Of a stretch of 64,000 nt of DNA, positions 18,627 through 29,253 are shown piece after piece. The DNA comes from an uncultured bacterium (GTDB taxonomy: Bacteria > Gemmatimonadota > Gemmatimonadetes > Palauibacterales > Palauibacteraceae): contig CBDUVN010000001.1 in assembly GCA_965370685.1 (NCBI GenBank), forward strand, positions 1,763 through 65,762. Direction: 5' to 3'. A program made the translations under genes and the position numbers. The notes below the pieces were generated by a model. It had not been told where the DNA came from. It searched no databases and worked only from the letters and a program-made list of their open reading frames with translations. How positions within the stretch are numbered: the first letter of the stretch is position 1; every line of letters begins with the position of its first letter.

Positions 18627-20699
18627 TCAACCGATTCCGAACAGTGCCTCGCGGTCGGCGTGCCGCTCCGCGAGCTCCCGCGCGAGACCGCGATGCGGAC
18701 GCGATGAGAGATCCGGATCGACCGACATGATCTCCCGGGCCCTGACGCGGGCACGCTCGAGCAGATCCGCATCCCGCTCCAGGTCCGCGAACCGCAGCTC
18801 CGGAAACCCGTGCTGCTGCTGGCCGAACAGGTCCCCCTGCCCTCTCAGTTTCAGGTCCTCCCTGGCCAGGTAGAACCCGTCGGTGGATGAGGCGAACACG
18901 CGGAGTCGTGCGGGGATCTCGTCTCCACCATGAAACGCCACACACCAGCTCTGCTCGGCCCCACGGCCTACCCGGCCGCGGAGCTGGTGAAGCTGGGAGA
19001 GGCCGAATCGTTCGGCGTGCTCGATCACCATCACCGTAGCGTTCGGCACGTCGATCCCGACTTCGATCACGGTCGTGGCCGCGAGCAGTCCGACGTCGCC
19101 CCGGGAGAATCGACGCATCACCGACTCCTTCTCGGCGGCCGGCATTCTGCCGTGCACCATCTCGACCACGAATTCCGGGAATCTGTCGCGCAATTCCTCG
19201 ACCGCCTCCGTCACGGCCCTGGCATCGAGATTCTCCGATTCGTCGATCAGGGGATACACGAAGTACGCCTGCCTGCCGTTCGTGAGCTCGCTCCGGACCC
19301 ACTCGAGAGCCGCATCCCGGTCTCCATATCCCCGGACTCCCGTCCGGATCGGCCTCCTTCCGGGCGGCATTTCATCGATAACGGTCAGGTCCAGGTCCCC
19401 ATACAGGGTGAGGGCCAGCGATCTCGGGATCGGTGTGGCGGACATCACCAGCATATCTGCCGGTCCCCCGAGATCCCGCAGTGCGCGTCGCTGCGACACG
19501 CCGAACCGGTGCTGCTCATCAATCACGAGCAGACCCGGCCTGTCCAGTTCGACACCCTCCTGGAACAGGGCGTGCGTACCGACCACCAGTCGGACGTGCC
19601 CATCACGCAGACCGGCCAGGACCGCCTCCCGCTCCCGTCCCGTCACCGAGCCCGTGAGCAGTGCCGGCACCTCACCGATCGGCGCCAGGAACTGTGTGAG
19701 CGTGCGCCGGTGCTGCTCGGCCAGCAGTTCCGTCGGCGCCATCAGGACCGCCTGGAATCCGTTCTCGATCGCCTTCAGCATCGCGGCCACCGCCACGACG
19801 GTCTTTCCGCTCCCCACGTCTCCCTGCAGAAGTCGGTACATCGGAGCTTCGTCCTCCATGTCGTTCCCGATCCGCGACCACGCCTGATGCTGTGCATCGG
19901 TAAGCTGGAAAGGCAACGACGCGAGCCATGGCTCTGTCAGCTCCGGAGGTCCGCGCATGGCGATTCCGGACTCGCGGCTGCGTACCTCGTGACGTGCCCG
20001 GGCATGCAGGAGCTGCAGAAAGAACAACTCTTCCCAGGCAAGCCTGCGCCTCGCCCGTTCCACCCCGCCGAGGTCCTCCGGCCGGTGCAGGACCTCCAGG
20101 GCGTCCGCCAGTCGAGGAAGACCGAGCTCTGCCAACCAGTCGTCCGGGAACACCTCCCGGCCGACCGCTTCCTCGAGCAATTCGTCGAGATTCGCCTCCA
20201 CGATGCCGCGAATCTGTCGGTGAGTGAGCCCCTCCGTGGCAGGATACACGGGAAACACGCGGCCCTGGTCGAGGATCTCCCCTTCACGTGCCAGGATCGT
20301 GTGCTCGCGTGGCCGGAGCTGGCGTCCGTGGAAGAACCCGACGGACCCCATCACGAGAAGGAGATCTCCCTTCGAAATCTGCCGGTCGAGCCACGGCTGG
20401 CCCGGCCAGGCACATTCGATGAGCCCGGAAGAGTCCTTCAGCACCGCCCGGAAAATCCTCAGCCGCTTGCGGGTCGGGAGTACGCCCTTCGCCACGACCT
20501 CTCCGATCACCGTCGCATCGTCCCCCGGGCTCAGCGAGCCGATCTGGTCCACCCGGGTCGCGTCCTCGTACCGGTGGGGGACGTGGTACAGGAGATCCCG
20601 GCCCGTGCGGACTCCGAGCTTGTCGAAATGCTCGGCCCGCCGGGGCCCCACGCCCTTCAGGTACTGTACCGGATCCTGGAGCCGAGTGTGTGCGGCCAT
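18627..20699 (-). CDS. recG: ATP-dependent DNA helicase RecG
   Basis: 690 aa. The wedge domain is at the N-terminus, followed by helicase motifs GDVGSGKT and DEQHRFG and a C-terminal domain. Confidence 0.92.
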   Translation of the reverse strand: MAAHTRLQDPVQYLKGVGPRRAEHFDKLGVRTGRDLLYHVPHRYEDATRVDQIGSLSPGDDATVIGEVVAKGVLPTRKRLRIFRAVLKDSSGLIECAWPGQPWLDRQISKGDLLLVMGSVGFFHGRQLRPREHTILAREGEILDQGRVFPVYPATEGLTHRQIRGIVEANLDELLEEAVGREVFPDDWLAELGLPRLADALEVLHRPEDLGGVERARRRLAWEELFFLQLLHARARHEVRSRESGIAMRGPPELTEPWLASLPFQLTDAQHQAWSRIGNDMEDEAPMYRLLQGDVGSGKTVVAVAAMLKAIENGFQAVLMAPTELLAEQHRRTLTQFLAPIGEVPALLTGSVTGREREAVLAGLRDGHVRLVVGTHALFQEGVELDRPGLLVIDEQHRFGVSQRRALRDLGGPADMLVMSATPIPRSLALTLYGDLDLTVIDEMPPGRRPIRTGVRGYGDRDAALEWVRSELTNGRQAYFVYPLIDESENLDARAVTEAVEELRDRFPEFVVEMVHGRMPAAEKESVMRRFSRGDVGLLAATTVIEVGIDVPNATVMVIEHAERFGLSQLHQLRGRVGRGAEQSWCVAFHGGDEIPARLRVFASSTDGFYLAREDLKLRGQGDLFGQQQHGFPELRFADLERDADLLERARVRAREIMSVDPDLSSRPHRGLARELAERHADREALFGIG

Positions 20700-21644
20700 C
20701 TAACCGAGCAGCTTCTCCACGTATATGTCCGCGTCGAATGGCTCCAGGTCCTCCGCCCGCTCTCCGGTACCGAGCCAGCTGACCGGAACGTGGAAATCCC
20801 GGGCCACGGCGACGGCCGTCCCGCCGCGGGCGGTGCTGTCGAATTTCGACAGCACGATTCCGGTAAGCGGGAGTGCCTCACCGAACGTACGGGCCTGCTG
20901 AATCACGTTCTGGCCAGCCGTCGCGTCTACGACGAGAAGTCGTTCGTGCGGGGCTCCGGGGACGATCCGTCCTACGACACGGTCAATCTTCCTCAGCTCT
21001 TCCATCAGTCCGCGCTGCGTGTGGAGCCGCCCCGCGGTATCCACGATCAGTACGTCAGCTCCCCCCGACATCGCCGAGGACGCCGCATCGAACGCGACGG
21101 CTGCCGGGTCCGCTCCCGCCCGTCCACCCACGAATCCAGACCCCAGTCGATCCGACCAGATCTTGAGCTGCTCCTGCGCCCCGCTGCGAAATGTGTCGGT
21201 GGCCGCGAGCACGACGGATTTACCTTGCTCGACAGCCAGGTGGACCAGCTTGGCGGCCGTCGTGGTCTTCCCGGTTCCGTTGACACCCAACAGGAGGATC
21301 ACGTGCGGTCCGTCTGTCGCTTCCGGAATCACCGCCGGCCTCGGGACGCCCGCCCTGCCTGCCTCCTCGAATACGGATCGGATCCGGTCGGCGAGGAATT
21401 CTCTCAAGTCGGACTCCGACTTCACCTTCCCCCGCTGAGCGGCTCGTTCGAGCTCTTCAACCAGCTCCATCGTGACATCCACACCAAAATCGGCTTCGAG
21501 AAGTACCTGCTCGAGAGCCTCGATCGACTCCTCGTCGATCCCCTTCACCAGGGTGCTGACGTCCGTCAGCGAAACGTCGACGATCTTCTGCCACAGCGAG
21601 CGTGCCGCTCCCCGCTTCGGCTTGTCTGATCTTTCTTCCATCAT
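20700..21644 (-). CDS. ftsY: signal recognition particle receptor FtsY
   Basis: NG domain with GVNGTGKTTT, DTAGR and the GTPase motifs. Start at the internal Met (MMEERS...). Confidence 0.9.
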   Translation of the reverse strand: MMEERSDKPKRGAARSLWQKIVDVSLTDVSTLVKGIDEESIEALEQVLLEADFGVDVTMELVEELERAAQRGKVKSESDLREFLADRIRSVFEEAGRAGVPRPAVIPEATDGPHVILLLGVNGTGKTTTAAKLVHLAVEQGKSVVLAATDTFRSGAQEQLKIWSDRLGSGFVGGRAGADPAAVAFDAASSAMSGGADVLIVDTAGRLHTQRGLMEELRKIDRVVGRIVPGAPHERLLVVDATAGQNVIQQARTFGEALPLTGIVLSKFDSTARGGTAVAVARDFHVPVSWLGTGERAEDLEPFDADIYVEKLLG

Positions 21645-21709
21645 TATTCGGTCATTCGGTATTTGAGTCCAATTCGCTCTCCCGGCCCTGTCTCCCGTGC
21701 GCGCGTTCT

Positions 21710-23677
21710 CTAACGAAGACCGAGGCGGCGGCGCCAGGTCCACTCGGCGCACAGGAGGCCGGCAGCGAGCACGTACGGCCAGAGTGAAGGTACCGTTCGT
21801 CGTCCCGCTGGCCGTCGGGACGATGACGTCGGCGCACGCGTGGTGAGCGAGGCACCGACGTCCCGGCCACTCAGCTCCACTGTTGGTCCGGCGACGGCGA
21901 ACGGACGGCCGACCACGAAGGCTGCGCCCTCCAGCTGTCCTCGTGCCTCGTACTCCAGATCGCCCTCCGGAAGGTCAGGTCCCTCGACCCGATCCGCGGG
22001 CATGCCGATCGAGTCTGTCCACACCACGCTTCCAGTCGAATCACGGATCGCAATGACGAGATCCACGACGCCCGGTGCAATGCTCCAGGCGATCGAGGCC
22101 CGTCCGTCAACCGGGTCCGCAGCCAGGATCACCGGAACGCGACGGAAGTCCCCGAGCAGCCATCCTGTAATTCCTGCATACAAACCACGATACACCGCCC
22201 GGGCGGAACCGGTTCGAGCCGACCACCGCCAGGTCCCCTCGGCCAGCACCAGCACCCGCCGACCGCGTTCGGTTACGAATCCGACCGCCGCCGGCAGCGC
22301 GTCCCCGCGACGGTCTCGCCGAAGCTGGAGAATTGGCCACGCTCCAGCACCCTGGACAGAGCGTAGAGCGGCGACCGGAGGGAGCCCTTCCGCCTCGAGA
22401 CCCGACAGAGACCCCGCGACCGGGCTCGAGGGAGATGGCAGCACGGGAAACCATTCTCCCTCCACCGGCGTTCCGACGGCGAAGTCGCTTCCGGGCAGCT
22501 TCCCGCTGCCTCGCGCCAGGACAAGGACTCGGGCGTGGCGACCCGTAAGGTCGCGAAGCCATGGGGGAAGTTCGGCCATACCGCCCTGCACGACCAGCAT
22601 TCCCGCGCCAGCAGCCTCGGAGCGCACCCGCGTACCGGTGATCGGCTCCGGGACGGTCCCGACCCTCACCCATCGATCGGGCCCGATTCGCAGGTACGCC
22701 CGCGCACCCCCGCTGCTCGCCCGCGCCAGGACCGGAAGAAGCTGGCGCGGCTCCCAGTCCGGATCGATGGAAACCAGGACGACACCTGCCCTGCCCCGGG
22801 TGATCTCGACCCACACGGTCCGCCTCTGTTCCGCTTCCAGTGGGTCCGCCCCGGGGTCGAGTGATACGCCGAACCGGCGCCAGGCAGACTCCTGGCGGAC
22901 ACCCGGTGCCGGAATCCGCAGCTGTACGATCCTGCTGCGTCCCGCAGACGGGCGCTCTACCCGAACCGTGTCTTTCGTACCGGCCGGTCCCTCGACCGTG
23001 ACCGTGACCGAATCGTCACCCGGTGTCGTTCCCCCGCTCGCAGGCGTCGAGATCTCGACCGCGAACGAGATCGTGTCGCCGGCCGAGACCCGGCCAGGCG
23101 CCGATACATCCCGCACGGTAGTTCGAATCACCGATTGCGCCGTCCTGATTTCACGCACCTGAAGACCCAGTCGCTCCGCTTCCCGCCTCGAGTCCTCGCG
23201 GTCCTCCAACTCCCCATCGGTGATCAAGACGACGCTGTCAGCACCCGCGGCGCGAGCCACCCGGAACGCGGTCGCGAGTCGGCTCCCCGCGCGATCCACC
23301 GCCTCGATCACACGGTCCAGCTCCGTCGGCTCGACAGCGGCCGTGGCCGACATCCCGAAAGCCACCACGCGATCCGGCGCCAGACGCTGAACTTCCGCCC
23401 GGCCGGAGTCGAGCCGGGTCGGTCCTCCGGGAAGACTCGGAAGGTCCATGCTCGCTGAGATATCCAGGATCGCGACGCGCGGCGTGGGAGCGGTCGGGGA
23501 GGGTCGAAGCGGGGGCAGGACGAGACCGGCGAGAATCAGGAACAGGGCAATCGCGAACAGTATCCCGGGGCCCGTCCTGCCGGGCACCGCTTCTTCACGA
23601 AGGCCGTAGCGGATCCACGCGGCCGCCGCGGCCGCGATCGCCGAGCCGGACAACCACACGACCGGGCCGGAGAGCAT
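21710..23677 (-). CDS. BatA-like membrane protein with N-terminal double-TM segment and vWA (MIDAS) domain
   Basis: N-terminal two TM helices, a MIDAS-like DISASMD...VVLITDGE region, and a C-terminal TM anchor (LWPYVLAAGLLCAEWTWRRR). 655 aa. Confidence 0.6.
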   Translation of the reverse strand: MLSGPVVWLSGSAIAAAAAAWIRYGLREEAVPGRTGPGILFAIALFLILAGLVLPPLRPSPTAPTPRVAILDISASMDLPSLPGGPTRLDSGRAEVQRLAPDRVVAFGMSATAAVEPTELDRVIEAVDRAGSRLATAFRVARAAGADSVVLITDGELEDREDSRREAERLGLQVREIRTAQSVIRTTVRDVSAPGRVSAGDTISFAVEISTPASGGTTPGDDSVTVTVEGPAGTKDTVRVERPSAGRSRIVQLRIPAPGVRQESAWRRFGVSLDPGADPLEAEQRRTVWVEITRGRAGVVLVSIDPDWEPRQLLPVLARASSGGARAYLRIGPDRWVRVGTVPEPITGTRVRSEAAGAGMLVVQGGMAELPPWLRDLTGRHARVLVLARGSGKLPGSDFAVGTPVEGEWFPVLPSPSSPVAGSLSGLEAEGLPPVAALRSVQGAGAWPILQLRRDRRGDALPAAVGFVTERGRRVLVLAEGTWRWSARTGSARAVYRGLYAGITGWLLGDFRRVPVILAADPVDGRASIAWSIAPGVVDLVIAIRDSTGSVVWTDSIGMPADRVEGPDLPEGDLEYEARGQLEGAAFVVGRPFAVAGPTVELSGRDVGASLTTRAPTSSSRRPAGRRTVPSLWPYVLAAGLLCAEWTWRRRLGLR

Positions 23678-23690
23678 CCCCGGCCCCGGA

Positions 23691-25025
23691 TCAGTCGGCT
23701 ACCGCGGGTTCCGCCGCGGCAGCCGGCGACGGTACGGGGAGCGGCACCGCATCCAGAAGGGCGAGCGCTTCATCCCGCTCGACCCGGAACGACTCCAGGT
23801 ACTCCTCCTCCAGCCGCTCGGCGGACGGGAGATCCAGGGTGGCCGGGTTCCGGTGCGTTCCGCCCTGCAGGAATTCGTAGTGCAGGTGGGGCCCGGTCGC
23901 GAGACCGCTGGACCCGACCCGCCCGATCACCTGTCCCTGCTGGACGAATGCGCCGACAGTCACTCCCCTGGCAATGGAGCTCAGGTGCGCGTAACGGGTG
24001 CTGAAGCTCTTCACGTGACGGATTTCGACGATCCGGCCGAAGGTGCCCCAGGTTCCCGCGCGGACCACCGTTCCGGCGGCCGTCGCCTTGACCGGTGTCC
24101 CGTGCGGTGCCCCGTAGTCGATCCCGAGATGCGGCCGATTCCGCTTCAGAACCGGGTGATACCGACGCGACGAAAACCCGCTCGTGATCCGGAAGGGAAC
24201 GGGATACCGGAGGAACACTCCACGCAGCGCTTCCGCATCCACGTCGAAGTACTCCCTGCGTCCGCCAGGGCGGGTGAACGGGATCGCCTGGAGCACCCGG
24301 TCGCGATTCCGCAACTCGATGGCAAGGAACCGTCGCGACCGGAGTGATCCGTCCGGACGTCGCTCGCGCTCGATCGCCACCCGGAAGGCATCCCCGCGTC
24401 GAATATCGCGCGTGAAATCGATCTTCCACGCGAACACGTCCGCCAGGTCGAATACATACTCGCTGAATTCGTCCTCACCGAGCTTCCAGACTTCGCCGCT
24501 GAGATCGGCGAGCCACAGGCTCGATTCGATCAGACCACCGAGAATCACCGTGTCCATCCGCACGGGGACTTCGTGCACGACAGCCGTCCAGCTGGAGTCC
24601 ACGGCGATCAGATCCAGCAGCGAGTCCGGGTTCAGCTGCAGGACGATTCGATCGGGCTCCTTACCGGGGTCTGCCGTAAACCGGACCACCAGGCCGGCGC
24701 GGAGCGATCGCGGGTTCTTGTACTCGCGCACCACTTCCGTGAGCGTATAGGTACTGGGACCGCTCACGCCGTTCGCCGCCAGCAGCTCTCCGAGAGTTTC
24801 TCCGGGCCCGAGGGTGTCGTACTCGCTCACGGGAGGGACAGGAGCGGGTACGACGACGACGGGCACGATCGATTCCCGGTCGGTAGCGTCCGATCCACTG
24901 CGGCGGATCGCAGAGGCAAGAATGAGGAGCAGCGCCACGGACAGGAGCACGGCTCCGATCCGCGGAATTGACACGCCTGGCGCGCCATTGCCGGCCGAAG
25001 CCGGCTCTGTCGGCTGGTGCTTCAA
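23691..25025 (-). CDS. M23 family metallo-endopeptidase (MepM/Csd-like) with N-terminal TM anchor
   Basis: Intact catalytic motifs HLGIDYGAPHGTPV (HxxxD) and GPHLHYE (HxH). N-terminal TM (IGAVLLSVALLLILASAI). Lies 37 nt downstream of ftsZ. Confidence 0.85.
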   Translation of the reverse strand: MKHQPTEPASAGNGAPGVSIPRIGAVLLSVALLLILASAIRRSGSDATDRESIVPVVVVPAPVPPVSEYDTLGPGETLGELLAANGVSGPSTYTLTEVVREYKNPRSLRAGLVVRFTADPGKEPDRIVLQLNPDSLLDLIAVDSSWTAVVHEVPVRMDTVILGGLIESSLWLADLSGEVWKLGEDEFSEYVFDLADVFAWKIDFTRDIRRGDAFRVAIERERRPDGSLRSRRFLAIELRNRDRVLQAIPFTRPGGRREYFDVDAEALRGVFLRYPVPFRITSGFSSRRYHPVLKRNRPHLGIDYGAPHGTPVKATAAGTVVRAGTWGTFGRIVEIRHVKSFSTRYAHLSSIARGVTVGAFVQQGQVIGRVGSSGLATGPHLHYEFLQGGTHRNPATLDLPSAERLEEEYLESFRVERDEALALLDAVPLPVPSPAAAAEPAVAD

Positions 25026-25062
25026 ATCACTGTCCTCACTCCCGGTGGCCGTTCAGGCGACG

Positions 25063-26226
25063 TCAGTCCATCTGCCTCCGGATAAACGTCGGTATCTCCA
25101 GGTCCTCGAGCTGCAGACGCGATCCTATCTGTCCGCGAATCTGGTCCCGGCGTGCGTCAAACGCCTCGGGCCCGCCACCGGCCATACTCACCAGTCGCGG
25201 CAGCGCTTCCAGCGGCGCCGGAGTGGCCGGAACGACCTTGAGGGTCGGAACGGGCTCGACGTCCACCTCGTCCCCGAACCCGGTGGCGATCACGGTCACC
25301 CGAATCCGGCCGTCCAGATCGGGATCGTGTACGGCTCCAAAGATCATCTCAGCTTCGTCACCGGCGGCCTCCTGCACGATCGAGTTGATCGTCGTGACCT
25401 CGTCGATCGCCAGGTCCATCCCACCGGAGATATTCACCAGCACACCCGTAGCTCCGTGGATGGATACGTTGTCGAGAAGCGGTGAGCAAATCGCCTGTTG
25501 AGCGGCCTCGACCGCCCGGTTCTCCCCGGTTGCTTCCCCCGTACCCATGAGCGCCGCACCGCGGTTCGACATCACCGTGCGGACATCCGCGAAGTCCACG
25601 TTGACCTCGCCGGTGACGCTGATCAGATCTGAGATGCCCTGGGTGGCGTGGAGCAGGACTTCATCCGCCTTCTTCAAAGCCTCACGGAACGTCGTTCCCT
25701 TCCCCACTACCGACAGCAGTCGCTCGTTCGGAACCACGATCATCGTGTCGACGGCTCGACGCAGATCCTTCAGGCCGAGATCGGCGTGACGCATCCTCTT
25801 CTTGCCCTCGAACAGGAACGGGCGTGTCACGATCGCGATCACCAGGGCGCCGAGCTCGGAAGCGATCTGACCGACCCGTGGAGCAGCTCCAGTACCTGTC
25901 CCACCGCCCATTCCAGCGGTTACGAACACCAGGTCTGCGCCATCCAGGGCTTTCCGGATTTCCTCCTCGTTCTCGGAGACCGCCTGTCTCCCCACCTCCG
26001 GACGCGCCCCCGCACCGAGACCTCGGGTGAGCTTGCGGCCGATCTGGAGCCTGATGTGGGCTTCACAGTTCTTCAGCGCCTGCGCATCAGTGTTGATCGC
26101 GACGAACTCGACTCCATCGAGGTTCTCGTCGATCATCCGGTTCACGGCGTTTCCTCCAGCGCCGCCGACACCCACGACTTTCATCCGCGCGTTGCGTGTT
26201 CCGCCGTCGTCGAACTCGAATACCAT
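25063..26226 (-). CDS. ftsZ: cell division protein FtsZ
   Basis: Tubulin signature [13 protein letters not shown] and the motif [15 protein letters not shown]. Start at the internal Met (MVFEFDD...), 387 aa. The upstream 76 codons of the table ORF are read-through. Confidence 0.95.
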   Translation of the reverse strand: MVFEFDDGGTRNARMKVVGVGGAGGNAVNRMIDENLDGVEFVAINTDAQALKNCEAHIRLQIGRKLTRGLGAGARPEVGRQAVSENEEEIRKALDGADLVFVTAGMGGGTGTGAAPRVGQIASELGALVIAIVTRPFLFEGKKRMRHADLGLKDLRRAVDTMIVVPNERLLSVVGKGTTFREALKKADEVLLHATQGISDLISVTGEVNVDFADVRTVMSNRGAALMGTGEATGENRAVEAAQQAICSPLLDNVSIHGATGVLVNISGGMDLAIDEVTTINSIVQEAAGDEAEMIFGAVHDPDLDGRIRVTVIATGFGDEVDVEPVPTLKVVPATPAPLEALPRLVSMAGGGPEAFDARRDQIRGQIGSRLQLEDLEIPTFIRRQMD

Positions 26227-26336
26227 CTGTCCCTCCCGTTCGAGCGTTTTTCCTGCGCTTCCGTCCCTTCGGGTCATCCGCCGCTCAGGCGACCGCCTCT
26301 CAGTGGTGGCTCCTTCACGAGTCCGATCCCGTCCCA

Positions 26337-27569
26337 TCAGAAGAACTCCCTGAACCAACTCGACACGCGCCCGATCGCGCGCACGGCGGAGCCGACCGGT
26401 CTTTCCGCCCGGCGATGGCGTCCGTACAGCGCCAGTCCCACCGCCGTAGCGCACTCGGGCCTCCGTACCGCATCCACGAGCCCGGACAGGCCGGGCCCCG
26501 GTTCGCCAAGTGCGACCGGGAGATTGAACACTTCCTGGGCGAGCTCGACTACGCCGTCCATTCGAGCCGTCCCGCCGGCCAGAACCACTCCTGCCTGCAA
26601 CCCGTCGAGCAGTTCGCGGGAATCGAGCTCGTCGTAGATGAGTCCGAGCATCTCGTCCAGCCGTTGCTCGATGATGTGGGCGAGAAGTTCCTTCGAGACG
26701 GTGCGTACGGTTCCCGGAGTCGGCCCGGGGATCTCGAGCATTTCCGATGCATCGACGCGCTTCGTCTGCGCGCTCCCGTGCTCCGCCTTGAGGCGCTCGG
26801 CCTCGGCCGCCGATACTCCGAGTCCTTTCACGATGTCGCTTGAAACCGTCGCGCCTCCCCAGGGAAGGGTCGCGAACAGCCGGAGTCGCTCGTCTTTGAA
26901 TGCGAGTACTTCGGTAGCCGCTGCACCGATCTCCACCACCACGACTCCCACACGTCGCTGCTCCTCGGAGAGCACTGCGAGATTGGTGGCGAGCGGAGCG
27001 AGAACGAGTTCCTCGAGTCTGAATCCGGCCCGGTCGATCGCCTTCCGGAGGTTCTGAGCCGGAACCGAGCCGGCAGTCACCACGCAGACTTCGGATTCGA
27101 GCCGGGTAGCCTCCATCCCGGTCGGGTCCTGCACGGCCGGAATTCCATCGACCACGTAGTCCTGTGGAATCGCGTGCAGGAGCTCCCGGTCCGGCGGAAC
27201 CACGACCGCACGTGCCACTTCGTGAACCCGGTCGAGGTCCCGCGGGAGGATCTCCCGGCCCAAGATCGCCACGACCCCGGTGGAGCTGTCTACCTCCACG
27301 TGGTCACCGGAAATGCCGGCATACACGACGGATGCCTCGGCACCGGCCATTTCCTCGGCCAGCCGGAGAGCTTCCCTGATCGATTCGGTGGCGGCGTCCA
27401 GGTTTGTCACGACACGATTCCGGACACCGGATGTCGGTGCCTCTCCGATCCCCAGGACCCGGGCCTCGACATCGCCGTCTCCCCACGCGACGCTCAGTTC
27501 CACGAGAACTGCGCACGTGGTCTCGGATCCGACATCCAGGCCGGCCAGACAGCGGGTACCGTTCATCAC
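26337..27569 (-). CDS. ftsA: cell division protein FtsA
   Basis: Actin-fold ATPase with GLDVGSETT and [13 protein letters not shown]. Overlaps the ftsQ stop (ATGA). Confidence 0.92.
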   Translation of the reverse strand: MMNGTRCLAGLDVGSETTCAVLVELSVAWGDGDVEARVLGIGEAPTSGVRNRVVTNLDAATESIREALRLAEEMAGAEASVVYAGISGDHVEVDSSTGVVAILGREILPRDLDRVHEVARAVVVPPDRELLHAIPQDYVVDGIPAVQDPTGMEATRLESEVCVVTAGSVPAQNLRKAIDRAGFRLEELVLAPLATNLAVLSEEQRRVGVVVVEIGAAATEVLAFKDERLRLFATLPWGGATVSSDIVKGLGVSAAEAERLKAEHGSAQTKRVDASEMLEIPGPTPGTVRTVSKELLAHIIEQRLDEMLGLIYDELDSRELLDGLQAGVVLAGGTARMDGVVELAQEVFNLPVALGEPGPGLSGLVDAVRRPECATAVGLALYGRHRRAERPVGSAVRAIGRVSSWFREFF

Positions 27570-28306
27570 CGCTCGCCTCCAGTGCGCACAAAGACCTTCT
27601 CGGCGTACCGGGCATCGGCCGATACGATGACTCCCCGCTCTTCCGCGGCCTGGATTGCGGCTGCCGCCTGAAGGAAGGCCCGCGACGCGTCCCGATAGGG
27701 CAGCGTGATGCTCTCGACGATACTTCCGTCCATCAGCTTCAGATCGAACGCCTCCGAGTCGAGCGCCAGGACTTCGGAGACTCGTTCCACGAACTCCGGC
27801 GCCAGTAGATCGATCTCCTCCAGGACAGCGAGTGATCGCCTCGCTTCCTCTTCACGAATTCGTCCAGTGGCTGAGTCGATCGTGGCATCCCGGAGAATCG
27901 GTAAGTCCAGCCTGTGCACGGCAGGATCCACGTCGAGCCGATACCCATCCCCATCCACTGCTACGAGCCCGGGAACCGGAACCAGCGCGACAGGCCTGAC
28001 CTCTCGTACCTCGATCCGCAACCGATCCGGTCCGGCCCGCACCACACGAGCTTCCGCGACCAGGGGATGTTCGACGATCGATGATTCCCAGCTGCCCGGG
28101 TCGTCCCAGATCGAAGACAGAGAATCGATCCCCGACATCTGTCGGAGGTCCGCACCGGATGCGAATCGAGTCCCGACAACATCGACCGTCTTCACATGGA
28201 ACGCGGGAATCCCGCGGAGAATCGGGGGACCCCAGACGGGGCTCGAGATTCCAACGAGCGCGCTCGTGAGAGCGACCGTGAGTCTGCGCCGGCTCTGCCG
28301 GGTCAC
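27566..28306 (-). CDS. ftsQ: cell division protein FtsQ (POTRA domain)
   Basis: TM helix (LTVALTSALVGI) plus POTRA and FtsQ beta-domains. A GTG start overlapping the murB stop (GTGA) is proposed; the table ORF extends to 28414. Confidence 0.75.
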   Translation of the reverse strand: MTRQSRRRLTVALTSALVGISSPVWGPPILRGIPAFHVKTVDVVGTRFASGADLRQMSGIDSLSSIWDDPGSWESSIVEHPLVAEARVVRAGPDRLRIEVREVRPVALVPVPGLVAVDGDGYRLDVDPAVHRLDLPILRDATIDSATGRIREEEARRSLAVLEEIDLLAPEFVERVSEVLALDSEAFDLKLMDGSIVESITLPYRDASRAFLQAAAAIQAAEERGVIVSADARYAEKVFVRTGGER

Positions 28307-29253
28307 GAGACGGCCCCCACGGACTGGAGCTCTTCGGTCTCGAAGCCCCAGAACCGGATTTCCGGCTCCAGCGCGATCCCGACCTGCTCCAGAACCCGGC
28401 GTCGAGTCTCGCACATCAGCGCGAGCACGTGCTCCGCCTTCGCCTGGTCGAGATTCGCGATGAAATTCGCGTGCTTTTCAGTGATCTGAGCCCCTCCTGT
28501 CCGGGCACCCCGCATTCCGACCGCTTCCACCAGTTCCCAGGCCGATCCCCACCCGGCCCCGGGGTTCTTCCACACGGACCCGCAGCTCGGGAGGTCGTAG
28601 ACCTGGGTCGCCACCTTCCTTCGCCGGCGTTCGAAGTGCTCGGCCTCGACTGCTTCCGGATCGCCAGGACTGGTCCTGAACCGGGCCGACGTGAACACCC
28701 ATTCCTCCGGAATCTCGACCCGCCGATACGTGGGCCGAGCGTCAGCCGCCGTCAGCCGGACGAGTTCGCCGTCTGGAGTCACGGCCTCCGCCTCGATCAC
28801 CCGATCCCAGATTCCCGTGTCGGTGGAACCGGCGTTCATCCGCAGGCCTCCGCCGACACTCCCCGGCACAGCTTCGAGAAAGCACCAGCTCTCAGCTCCG
28901 ATACGGCGTGCTTCACCGACGAGCGCAGGAAGGCCAGCGGCACCGCCGGCCTCGATGATTCCGGGAATTGTCCGGATCGAGTCGAGCTCATCCCCGAGCA
29001 CGAGTACGGGACTCGAGACGCCGCGATCAGCGACGAGCAGGTTTGCCCCCCACCCCAGCGTGAGAAATGGCTCTCCCGCCAGGTCGGCCAGCGCTTCGAT
29101 CAGATGCGAGACCGAGGAAACGCGGCCGAAGCGGGCAGCCGCGCCCCCGATCCGCCAGCGGACCTCGTCCGCGAGATTCACCTCAGACTCCCAGCGCATC
29201 ACCCGTGAGCTCCCTCGCCGCGCGGTGCGCGGCATCCGTGACATCCCCGGCAC
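28303..29253 (-). CDS. murB: UDP-N-acetylenolpyruvoylglucosamine reductase
   Basis: FAD-binding domain (GWGANLLVADRG) and C-terminal MurB domain (GSVWKNPGAG). The start may be the internal ATG near 29199. Confidence 0.85.
   Translation of the reverse strand: MPGMSRMPRTARRGSSRVMRWESEVNLADEVRWRIGGAAARFGRVSSVSHLIEALADLAGEPFLTLGWGANLLVADRGVSSPVLVLGDELDSIRTIPGIIEAGGAAGLPALVGEARRIGAESWCFLEAVPGSVGGGLRMNAGSTDTGIWDRVIEAEAVTPDGELVRLTAADARPTYRRVEIPEEWVFTSARFRTSPGDPEAVEAEHFERRRRKVATQVYDLPSCGSVWKNPGAGWGSAWELVEAVGMRGARTGGAQITEKHANFIANLDQAKAEHVLALMCETRRRVLEQVGIALEPEIRFWGFETEELQSVGAVS

Noticed and set aside
18930-21629. 899-aa plus-strand ORF antisense to recG and ftsY
   Set aside because: No recognisable domains and an extremely Arg/His/Pro-rich composition. 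The opposite strand encodes two well-conserved proteins.
26227-26454. 76-codon extension upstream of ftsZ
   Set aside because: FtsZ homology starts at MVFEFDD. The extension is Arg-rich read-through of the ftsA-ftsZ spacer.
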